Positions 1-8,529 of a stretch of DNA of 64,000 bases are shown piece after piece. The translations under genes were made by a program, and so were the position numbers. Origin of the DNA: an uncultured Planctomycetaceae bacterium (GTDB taxonomy: Bacteria > Planctomycetota > Planctomycetia > Planctomycetales > Planctomycetaceae); the NCBI GenBank assembly GCA_963976765.1, contig CAXBME010000017.1:62001-126000 (forward strand). The letters run 5' to 3'. Each line of letters begins with the position of its first letter. Position 1 is the first letter of the stretch. Below the pieces are notes generated by a model. The model searched no databases. It was not told the DNA's origin and saw only the letters and a program-made list of their open reading frames with translations.

Positions 1-519
1 AAATGCCGCCAGTGATTTGGCGATCCCACTTCGGTTTGGCTTTGTACCGAAGACTTTCTCGAACTCCGCCACGTATCCGGGATTCGCAGCCAGTTCGACT
101 TCGAGTTTATCCAAATCCTGATTCATCTCGACCGCTGATTGAATCGGACCAAGAGCCTGCTCTTCCAGACTGGCCGCTCGCCCATCCCAGAAGAACGTCT
201 TGAAGAATCCGACGTTCAGACAGGACTGTGTATGTCGTTCCAGAATCCTGCCGCCTGCTCCGGGCGAGAGTGCGAGCCCGTCACCGTATGCCTTTTCCGG
301 TATATGACAGGTTGCACAACTCATTCTGTTATCACCGGAAAGCCTTGGGTCAAAGAACAGCTTCTTTCCGAGTTCGACTTTGGTCTGAGTCGTTGGATTA
401 TCCTTTGGTGCTGTCACCTTCAGCGGTAAAGGTGCGAAATCAGAGTCAGACTGCGGCGTTTCAGCATGAGCGGCGGATGACAAAGCAATGGTGAGAAAAA
501 CTGCCAGCCAGCGAGACAT
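1..519 (-). CDS. Di-haem cytochrome c peroxidase/MauG family protein (5' part; runs off the left edge)
   Basis: Not in the ORF track; translated manually: MSRWLAVFLTIAL...KVELGKKLFFDPRLSGDNRMSCATCH...FFWDGRAASLEEQALGPIQSAVEM...IAKSLAAF, the CcP N-terminal signature with CxxCH and a signal peptide. Confidence 0.92.
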   Translation of the reverse strand, partial: MSRWLAVFLTIALSSAAHAETPQSDSDFAPLPLKVTAPKDNPTTQTKVELGKKLFFDPRLSGDNRMSCATCHIPEKAYGDGLALSPGAGGRILERHTQSCLNVGFFKTFFWDGRAASLEEQALGPIQSAVEMNQDLDKLEVELAANPGYVAEFEKVFGTKPNRSGIAKSLAAF

Positions 520-607
520 CAAGGAACTTCCTGAGTAGAACGATATTTCCGAACGTTCTATGTTTTTAGACAGCAACCGACCGATGACAACAGACAACAA
601 CCAAAAG

Positions 608-1153
608 TTAAAGATCGGCTGGATCGATTCCGCTTTCAGGCTCATCAACCGATTGAGCAAGCCGCCTGAACGCTTCCTTCGGCCTGCCGTATCGGTCATC
701 GCAATCACCAGCGATAGACGACAGAAGGAAGTTGTTTAACTTGAAACCCACTTCGTGCGGGGCCATGTCGCCTTCAATCAAGTGAATTTTTGCCGCCATC
801 ACAAGTTCATTGATGGAACCGGTGACTGACCGACTCAATGCCTTTGCAAACTCAACTGTATCACTCGACGGAGCAACATGTCGGTGATAGATGTCGCCTT
901 CGCCATCGTTTTCCATGAACTCCCGAATCAGTCCGAGTACCAGTTGAATAAACTGGCCGTCGTTTCGGATTCCTCGGGCATGCACGACGCACGAATACAT
1001 CAAGGCTGTGTTGCACACGATGATGTGTTGAGTGCGATCCGCCGTGAAAACGTGACACGACCAATCCGTAAACGAATTCTCAGCAAGAGGTGATTCAGAA
1101 AGTCTGCCTGCCTTGATCTTCGTGGCGAGCTTATGGGAGAGGCGAAGGATCAT
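608..1153 (-). CDS. Hypothetical protein, DUF6933-like
   Basis: MILRLSHKLATKIK...DWSCHVF...IIVCN pattern resembles DUF6933; 4-bp overlap with the upstream gene. Confidence 0.55.
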   Translation of the reverse strand: MILRLSHKLATKIKAGRLSESPLAENSFTDWSCHVFTADRTQHIIVCNTALMYSCVVHARGIRNDGQFIQLVLGLIREFMENDGEGDIYHRHVAPSSDTVEFAKALSRSVTGSINELVMAAKIHLIEGDMAPHEVGFKLNNFLLSSIAGDCDDRYGRPKEAFRRLAQSVDEPESGIDPADL

Positions 1154-1836
1154 CGCTTGGACACCCCTTCAGGCGGCAATAGTTTCTGTACCGACTCTGC
1201 CACCTGTTTCCCCTGAGCCTCTTTGCCCTTGGCGTTGAAGTGAGTACCGTCACCTGAATGCCAGTCAGGATGGTCTTCCACGAGTTCGAACAAGTCATTC
1301 GCGGGAATGGCTCGTTCCTTCATGATCTCAGCAGCAAGTTGATTCCTGACCTTTACTCGTGAGGTTCGCTCATGGAACTTCTGAAGGTCGCTGCCGACTC
1401 GAACCGGCGTTGTTGTCGCCCAGATCAACTTTGCATCTCCTGACGACTTCCTGATGGCGTCGACAGTTTTTGCCAGACCATCACCGTACTGATCCTCGGT
1501 GTAACCCCAGCCGTGCAAGCCGTTGTTGAAGTGAATCACGGCAAACCGGTAGTGCTTGAGCAGAAGCTGGACTTCATCGACGAACGACGGATCGGACACA
1601 CATTTTGAGGTCGTCAGCCGGGCACAGTACGCCTTGCCAGCCAGATGCTTCTCGACTTCGGCGAAGTAGCCCCGTGTTATCGAGTCGCCGATCAGGAGCA
1701 CTCGTGGCAGGTCGTCTTTGTCGGCGTCAGTGACCCAGATGTCCGCCCATTCGATCCGTTCCCGGACAGGCTCTTCGGCAGACACGAACTGAGGGATCAA
1801 CAGGAACGAAATCAGGGCAGAAAGTCTGAGTGTCAT
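1150..1836 (-). CDS. Secreted SGNH/GDSL hydrolase
   Basis: LLIGDSIT block I, FNNGLH block III, DGTHF catalytic DxxH; signal peptide from MTLRLSAL (ATG 1836). Confidence 0.85.
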   Translation of the reverse strand: MTLRLSALISFLLIPQFVSAEEPVRERIEWADIWVTDADKDDLPRVLLIGDSITRGYFAEVEKHLAGKAYCARLTTSKCVSDPSFVDEVQLLLKHYRFAVIHFNNGLHGWGYTEDQYGDGLAKTVDAIRKSSGDAKLIWATTTPVRVGSDLQKFHERTSRVKVRNQLAAEIMKERAIPANDLFELVEDHPDWHSGDGTHFNAKGKEAQGKQVAESVQKLLPPEGVSKR

Positions 1837-1909
1837 GGCAGGCTCTTTCGGGGCGTGGTTGGGATGAGGTACGCCCAGATTCTCTTGGAACAGGCTGCTC
1901 CTGCAACCA

Positions 1910-2231
1910 TCACGCCCACGGCCCTGATGAATCCTCGGCCTGCCTGATTTGACCAATTCGGTACTTGTTCTGAACGAAGTCGCAAGGAAACGACTCGGAC
2001 GAGTCAAGTTCCAATGAGATGTCGGATTCGAGCGGGCCGAATAGCGGAATGCCGCTGCCGAGAAGAACCGGAATGGCGGTGATTGTCAGTTCGTCGATCA
2101 GGTCAGCATTCAGGAATCTTTGGATCGTCACACCGCCATCGACATAGAAAGAACTCATTCCTTGCGACATCAGACGTTTAACGATCTGCTGTGGTGAGTC
2201 GTTGGCGATCCTCACGGTGCCAGGCACGGAA
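1910..2231 (-). pseudogene. 3' half of a dihydrofolate reductase/RibD C-terminal family gene
   Basis: YVDGGVTIQRFLNADLIDELTITAIPVLLGSGIPLFG motif; the N-terminal half is absent and replaced by methyltransferase sequence. Confidence 0.8.
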
Positions 2232-2732
2232 CCAAGGATGTGGCAGTCGCTCGTCGAGGAATTCCTGACTTGCAGTCTCGGTAGCCTGTGCGAGAAATCG
2301 AACGTTGCCTTGACCGCCGAACTCCACCGCCATTCGGCCATTGGCTTTCAGAGCCCCACTGATACAACGTGCGACCTTTGCTGGATCGCTAATCCAATGA
2401 AGAGCAGCATTCGAGAATATGCCGTCAAATTGCTGCTCAAAAGAGAAGGCGTGGGCATCGACCAGTTGGAAATCGATTTCTGGAAACAGGCGGCGAGCCT
2501 CTTCAATCATCGCCGGTGAATTATCAATGCCGACGACCGTGGCCCCAGACTCGGAGATCTGTGCCGTCAACTGACCTGTCCCACAACCTACATCGAGAAT
2601 CAGTTCACCCGGTTGTGGAACAAGCAGATCAATGACAGAAGCGCAGAGTTTCCAGACGAACGAATGCCTCTCGTCATAGAGCGTTGAGTCCCAAGGTCTT
2701 CCTCTTGTTCGTTCGCCATGCGTATTGCCCAT
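2232..2732 (-). pseudogene. 5' part of a class I SAM-dependent methyltransferase (Tam-like), truncated
   Basis: WDSTLYDERHSFVW, ILDVGCGTGQL, FDGIFSNAALHW, EFGGQGN; homology ends abruptly at HPW. Confidence 0.8.
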
Positions 2733-2826
2733 GCCGTGTGCCAATGTGAACCCTTCGTTTGAGCGGCGTGTCAGCGCAGAGTATCCCTTGCAAACGCAGA
2801 CAACCAGCAGCAATGAAAGGTTCGGC

Positions 2827-3381
2827 ATGACTGCCACCGACTTGATACGGCGACTTCATCAACACAGGCAATGGGTTAATCAGCGACTACTTACTACTGT
2901 GGGGGCGCTGTCAGATTCCCAGCTTCGGCAACCATTCGCCATTGGTCAAGGTTCGATCTGGAAGACACTGACTCATTTGTTTGCCGCCGAGTACGTCTGG
3001 TTGGCGACTTTGATCGGTGACGAGTCGCCTCTGACTCCCGGCGATGTTCCGGGAACACTTCCCGGAAATCAGGAAGGCGATGATGCTGCTCAATCAGTTG
3101 ATGAACTTCGGGATCGCTGGAGTGAACTTGACGCTCGATGGCAGGACTATCTGGATGGCCTCACGGATGCGGACCTCAAAGACGCCGTGTTCAAGGTCAG
3201 TTCTCTATCGGGCAAACGCTCGGCAACATCACGCTCAGACATCCTCCTTCATGTCTGCACGCACGCTCAATACACGACGGCGCAACTCGTCAACATGCTT
3301 CGTCAAGCGGGCCAAACGGACCTGCCTGACGTGATGCTGATCTCGATGGCTCGTGCAGAAACGCCATGTGGCGAATTGTGA
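2827..3381 (+). CDS. DinB family protein
   Basis: GSIWKTLTHLFAAEYVWL and LLHVCTHAQY metal-binding His pattern. Confidence 0.85.
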   Translation: MTATDLIRRLHQHRQWVNQRLLTTVGALSDSQLRQPFAIGQGSIWKTLTHLFAAEYVWLATLIGDESPLTPGDVPGTLPGNQEGDDAAQSVDELRDRWSELDARWQDYLDGLTDADLKDAVFKVSSLSGKRSATSRSDILLHVCTHAQYTTAQLVNMLRQAGQTDLPDVMLISMARAETPCGEL

Positions 3382-3778
3382 CCCTATGTCGCTTCCACCT
3401 TGGCCACGGCATTGGCGGTGATTCCGATGACCTCGACTGTCTGATTCTTCCGACTGTCGAGTGCGACTTCGAGCAAACTCCAACCATCTTTCGCAGCCAC
3501 TCAACTTTGCGTTCCTTCCGATTTATTGGCGGCAGCTTTACTCAAAATTCGGGCCGAAAAAGCCCAGAGTCACTACTGGTTCAACTCCTGTAACCGCCAT
3601 AAACAGAACACTCGCTACGCAAATATCCGTCACAGTCGCCTCATTGCTGCCAGACTAAGCACGATTCTGTCGATGAATTGCATGGACCGTGCCGCTTATT
3701 CCGATCCCTGCGTAGCAAGTCACTCTTCAGCGTGGTTCCTGCGAGGATGTGTCATGTCTGCGAAGTCGAGGTTTCACA

Positions 3779-5281
3779 ATGCGGCCCAAATTTTCCATGG
3801 CATTCGACGCTTGCCTCCTGCTCACTATCGTCGGGGGCTGTGCATCCAGCCGTTCAGCGCATGTCGCCGACAAGGGTAATCTGAACTCGCCCAATTTCGC
3901 CGCAACTCAGATTGATCTTGTTCGCAAAGTCGAACAGCGTACTTCGGTGATAATTGAAACGGTCGGCTATGAGGAGACCGAAGACCGAACCGATAGCAAA
4001 TCGGAAGTCAGTTCGACCGACGTAGAATCGGAACGAATTCCTTTGCCAGTGACGAGTGAGTCGCTTGCCGTTCTCGAACAATCGGCGCTCGATCAGAATC
4101 CTCGACTGATTCGTCTTCATCAGGAATACCAAGCTGCCGCAGCCCGTTCCCGATACGTCGATAAACTGCCCGATCCCAAGCTCGGTGCGAACGTCTTTGG
4201 AAATCCGATTGAAACGGCTGCTGGTTCCCAACGGGCAAACATGAACTTGAGCCAGACTATCCCGTGGCTCGGTAAGCTGAATGCCGCACAACAAATGGCG
4301 TACTTTGAAGCCCTTGCGGTGAGAACTGAATTCGCCGCCGAACGTTTGCGGGTCATCGCCGGAGTCCGAGTCGGTTGGTATCGGCTGTACGTCATCGACA
4401 AGCAGATCGAAACAGCAGTAGCAAATCAACAATTGCTGGAGTCGTTGATTGAAGTCGCAAATGCCCGCATTGCCACTGGGAAGGCAACTCAGGGAGATGT
4501 ACTTCTCGGGACACTCGAACTGTCGCAACTGGAAGAACGGCTACTCACCTATCGAAAGCAACGACGAAGCGTCGAAGCGGAGATAAACCGATTGATTGGC
4601 CGCCCAGCCGATACACCGATTCAGTCCGCAACAGAACTTAACGTCGGTGTGCCTGCATTGGATGCAATGAGCATTCATAACATTGCATTGTCTTCCCAGC
4701 CGGAAATTGAAGCGGCTCGACTCCGTACACAGGCGACTCAATGGGGGCTTGAGGTTGCTCGCCTCAGCCGTCGCCCGGAATTCACGCTGTCAGCAGATTA
4801 TTTCGTTACCGACGACAACCGGCCAGCGATTTCAGTGGTCAATGTTGGGGAAGACCCATGGGCGTTGGGAATTCAAGTAAGCCTGCCGATCTGGCGTCAA
4901 AAATACGATGCCATGCGTGATGAAGCCGGGTGGAAGCATCAGGCTTCACACAGTTCGGTACAGGAACTGGCTGACCGTTACGACGCCCTTATTCTCGACT
5001 TGCTCACAGAAGCAAACCGAGCCGCCGAAACTGCTCGGCTCTATCGATCAACAATCCTGCCACAGGCTCGACAAACGCTGTCCGCAGATCAGGACGCATA
5101 TTCGAATGGAAGTGTTGAGTTCGACCGGGTGATTCGGGACTACCGAAATTTGCTGACACTGGAACTCGGATACCAGAAATCCATCGGCGATCTCGCCATT
5201 GCCAACACACGCATCCAACAAGCCGCTGGACAAGACGTATTGTTTTCGAACACGCAAGAACCGGAGGATGAGGCACACTGA
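3779..5281 (+). CDS. TolC family outer-membrane efflux lipoprotein (CusC role)
   Basis: Lipobox IVGGC, two OEP repeats (SQTIPWLGKL; QVSLPIW), GAGG before ATG 3779; first gene of the metal efflux cluster. Confidence 0.9.
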   Translation: MRPKFSMAFDACLLLTIVGGCASSRSAHVADKGNLNSPNFAATQIDLVRKVEQRTSVIIETVGYEETEDRTDSKSEVSSTDVESERIPLPVTSESLAVLEQSALDQNPRLIRLHQEYQAAAARSRYVDKLPDPKLGANVFGNPIETAAGSQRANMNLSQTIPWLGKLNAAQQMAYFEALAVRTEFAAERLRVIAGVRVGWYRLYVIDKQIETAVANQQLLESLIEVANARIATGKATQGDVLLGTLELSQLEERLLTYRKQRRSVEAEINRLIGRPADTPIQSATELNVGVPALDAMSIHNIALSSQPEIEAARLRTQATQWGLEVARLSRRPEFTLSADYFVTDDNRPAISVVNVGEDPWALGIQVSLPIWRQKYDAMRDEAGWKHQASHSSVQELADRYDALILDLLTEANRAAETARLYRSTILPQARQTLSADQDAYSNGSVEFDRVIRDYRNLLTLELGYQKSIGDLAIANTRIQQAAGQDVLFSNTQEPEDEAH

Positions 5282-5305
5282 AGGAGTTTCTCCAAACTTG
5301 GGTCC

Positions 5306-5827
5306 ATGCGGTCAAAGACAGATGGACCGCATTTGGTGCCAAGTGTATCATCGAGCCGTGTCCATCGTTGTTTGAGGTTATATCCAGCAGTGTTTCAGAA
5401 ACTCCAAAGCACTTCCGTTTTGCTGACGGTCGCCATGCTGCTTTTACAGGCAGCCTTTCCCGGCGTAGGCTGTGCCTGTGTACGAGGCATGGCTACGTGC
5501 AATTCCACGGACAATGCAACCTGCCATTGCTCAGAGTCTTTGCCTCAAACGTGTTCTCACTGCAACTCGCAATCGGAAAAGCAAAGTTCAGAAGGTGGGC
5601 TCGACCAGGACCTTGGCTGTCATTGCGGTGACTTCGTTCCTGTCGCCCCAACGGTTCCTGAATCTTCCGAATCAACGCTGATTGTTTTGGACCTGATGGC
5701 GAACGCTACAATGGCGTTGACCGAGAAGGTCTATTCTTCTTCGACTCCGGCACTTCCTGTGGTGCTGTCGAGCGAAGAACTTAGGCACAACTTCAAGCAG
5801 ATTGTGCTTTGCGTCTGGCTGACCTAG
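5306..5827 (+). CDS. Cys/His-rich exported hypothetical protein (true start may be ~5390)
   Basis: Hydrophobic N-segment, CAC/CHC/CSHC/CHC clusters, C-terminal LCVWLT. Confidence 0.65.
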   Translation: MRSKTDGPHLVPSVSSSRVHRCLRLYPAVFQKLQSTSVLLTVAMLLLQAAFPGVGCACVRGMATCNSTDNATCHCSESLPQTCSHCNSQSEKQSSEGGLDQDLGCHCGDFVPVAPTVPESSESTLIVLDLMANATMALTEKVYSSSTPALPVVLSSEELRHNFKQIVLCVWLT

Positions 5828-5933
5828 CCACGGAATGCGTCTCGTTGTGGTGACTTGCTGTCGCCATGTTGTCCAGTCCGAGTGTCCGGGCTTGGAATCC
5901 GTTTACGCATTCTGTTCCTTTTGAAGGTTAGTC

Positions 5934-6302
5934 ATGAAATACGTTTCCTGTGCGCTCGTCTTGAGTGTCGCCCTTGTATTTGGCATCTCTTCTTCGGGGT
6001 GCAACCAATCCGCTTTAAACGACGCTGCTGATGCCTCGGTTCAACCTGCCACCGCCACGCCCGTCGTGAATCAGTTCTGCCCGATTATGGGCGGAACGGT
6101 TTCGGAGGAAGGCGGCACCGTCGAATGGAACAGCAAAGCGATTGGCTTTTGCTGTGGTGGATGTGATGCAAAGTGGCAGGCGCTGTCAGACGAAGGGAAA
6201 GCCGAAAAACTGGCGGCCGCCCTTGCGAAGTCAGAAGGCGACTCGAATCACGACGTGCATCAACAGGAAGGTCATCAGCACGACGATCTCGGCAACTCGT
6301 GA
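5934..6302 (+). CDS. Small lipoprotein with a YHS-like metal-binding domain and His-containing tail
   Basis: Lipobox SSGC; NQFCPIMGG...IGFCCGGC; tail HDVHQQEGHQH. Confidence 0.75.
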   Translation: MKYVSCALVLSVALVFGISSSGCNQSALNDAADASVQPATATPVVNQFCPIMGGTVSEEGGTVEWNSKAIGFCCGGCDAKWQALSDEGKAEKLAAALAKSEGDSNHDVHQQEGHQHDDLGNS

Positions 6303-6468
6303 ATCGAATGTGTGAGGCTTGACTCTTGACGAAATGGGCGGCTGGTCGGGGAACGTTCTCGGCACGGTCCAATGCTGGTTTGTCTCTTCGACCAGTCGCT
6401 TGTTTTGCGAGTAGATGAATCCCGTTGCCCGCCCATGTTCAATTTGACGACTGCTCGGAAACATCACC

Positions 6469-8529
6469 ATGTCCCAAAACTCGCAACTATCCACCGCTTC
6501 ATCATCACTCAAGGCTTCTCCCAAGTCGCTCCGTTGGTGGATTTCCCGGTTCAGCAATGTGGGAACATTCTTCCTTGCTGGTGTTTTGCTGATCGTCCTT
6601 CTGGGATTCGCCCAGCGATCTGGTTGGATAAGCGGTGGTAGTCCTTCGACGACATCATCGAGCGAGGCAGGATCGCAGGAAACGTTTACTTGTCCCATGC
6701 ACCCTCAAATCCGTCAGCCAGTACCGGGGCGTTGTCCGATTTGCGGCATGGCATTGGTTCCGGCAACGTCGTCCGGTGCTGACCTCGACGACCTCGCCGT
6801 CAGGATCGAACCGGCTCAACGACGTTTGGCAAACATCCAGACGGCGAAAGTTACATACCAACCGGTATTCACGACCATTCGTACCATTGGTGCCATTCTG
6901 ATTGACGAAAGCCGTCAAGCAACAATTGCATCCTACATCGATGGTCGGGTCGAACGCCTGTTTGCGGATTACACCGGCGTTGACGTGGATAAGGGAGACC
7001 ATCTGGCCGTTGTCTACAGTCCGCAACTCTACTCGGCACAAGTGGAGTATATCGAATCCAAACGCACGCTAAGCAAGGGAAATGATGCGGCACTGGCATC
7101 GGTGCGGCAGGCGCAAACGAAACTGGTTGCTAACTCACGCCAGCGGCTCGTCGAACTAGGAATGACGGAGGAGCAACTTGCAGAACTTGAATCGTCAAAT
7201 GAACCAAAGTCACGCATGACAATCTACGCTCCTATCGGTGGGACCGTGATTGAAAAACTGGCTGAGGAGGGGAAGTACATTTCGGCAGGGGAGCCAATCT
7301 ATCGCATCGCCAATCTATCGACGGTCTGGCTGATGCTTGAACTCTACCCGGAAGATGCCTCTCGGATTCGTTTCGGACAGGTTGTCAATGCGGAATTGAC
7401 CTCGTTGCCGGGACAGACTCTTACTGGGCGTGTGGCATTCGTCGATCCCAGAGTTGACATGTCCAACCGCACTGTGGGTGTGCGAGTCGAGTTCAACAAC
7501 GAGGACGGGATGTTGCGACCGGGTGACTATGCTCAGGCGAGTATTGAAATTCCCATCGGACCTCAAGGAGCAATTTATGACTCCGAGTTAGCCGATAAGT
7601 GGATTAGCCCGATGCACCCACAGGTGATTCGTGACGAGCCGGGCGATTGTCCTATCTGTGGAATGAAACTCGTCCCGACATCACGTTACGGCTATGTCGA
7701 TCAGCCCGTGGCTCAACCAAAGTCGGTCACAGTTCCCCGTTCGGCATTGCTGATGGCCGGGGAACATAGCGTGGTTTATGTCGAAACCGATCCGGGACGC
7801 TTCGAGCTTCGCAATGTCACTCTGGGACCAATCCTCAAGAACGAAGCGATCATTCTGGGAGGATTGAAACCCGGCGAGATGGTGGCCACATCAGGTAACT
7901 TCCTGATCGACTCGCAAATGCAGTTGGCTGGTAAGCCAAGCCTGATTGACCCCACTCGATTTGTCACCAGGCTCCGCAACAAACCATTGGATTTCGAGTC
8001 GATCAACATCATGCGAGTAGATGGATCGGCTGGAGAAAAACTGGAACAACTCTACGAGTCATACTTCGTCGTTCAGAAGGCGCTTGCCGAAGACAAGGTT
8101 CCGACGGAGCAAGCTGTCACGACGCTCTCACGATTGTTAGATGATCTGACGCATGAAGCATCGTTGACCGAGGAGCTACGGCAATTGTTCACAACAATCA
8201 AGAACAAAGCCGCACACTTACACCATCTGTCGATTGATGATGCACGAAAGAAGTTTAAGCCCATCAGTCATGCCGTGGTGACACTGGCGACGAAAATTCG
8301 AGGCAGCAGTGCGAATCAACCGTTTCATCATTTCTTCTGTCCGATGGTGAAAGAGGGTGAGGGCGATTGGCTACAGGCGGAAGAACAACTGAGCAATCCA
8401 TATTACGGCAGTGAAATGCTGCGGTGCGGCGAGTTGGTCAGAGTGATTCCGCCCGATGCCGATTCGACGGAGTCTCCGTCAGACCATCAACACAACCATG
8501 CCGAAAAACCGACAGAAGGAGACAAGTAA
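6469..8529 (+). CDS. cusB: CusB-type RND periplasmic adaptor with heavy-metal-binding domains and a C-terminal DUF3347-like domain
   Basis: FTCPMHPQI...CPICGM, a second PMHP...CPICGM, MFP core (VYSPQL, IYAPIGG), C-terminal FCPM...WLQ...NPYYG..ML.CG. Confidence 0.9.
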   Translation: MSQNSQLSTASSSLKASPKSLRWWISRFSNVGTFFLAGVLLIVLLGFAQRSGWISGGSPSTTSSSEAGSQETFTCPMHPQIRQPVPGRCPICGMALVPATSSGADLDDLAVRIEPAQRRLANIQTAKVTYQPVFTTIRTIGAILIDESRQATIASYIDGRVERLFADYTGVDVDKGDHLAVVYSPQLYSAQVEYIESKRTLSKGNDAALASVRQAQTKLVANSRQRLVELGMTEEQLAELESSNEPKSRMTIYAPIGGTVIEKLAEEGKYISAGEPIYRIANLSTVWLMLELYPEDASRIRFGQVVNAELTSLPGQTLTGRVAFVDPRVDMSNRTVGVRVEFNNEDGMLRPGDYAQASIEIPIGPQGAIYDSELADKWISPMHPQVIRDEPGDCPICGMKLVPTSRYGYVDQPVAQPKSVTVPRSALLMAGEHSVVYVETDPGRFELRNVTLGPILKNEAIILGGLKPGEMVATSGNFLIDSQMQLAGKPSLIDPTRFVTRLRNKPLDFESINIMRVDGSAGEKLEQLYESYFVVQKALAEDKVPTEQAVTTLSRLLDDLTHEASLTEELRQLFTTIKNKAAHLHHLSIDDARKKFKPISHAVVTLATKIRGSSANQPFHHFFCPMVKEGEGDWLQAEEQLSNPYYGSEMLRCGELVRVIPPDADSTESPSDHQHNHAEKPTEGDK

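Noticed and set aside
3385..3520. Short minus-strand reading (…DGWSLLEVALDSRKNQTVEVIG…) as a gene remnant
   Set aside because: Too short to assign to any family without a search.
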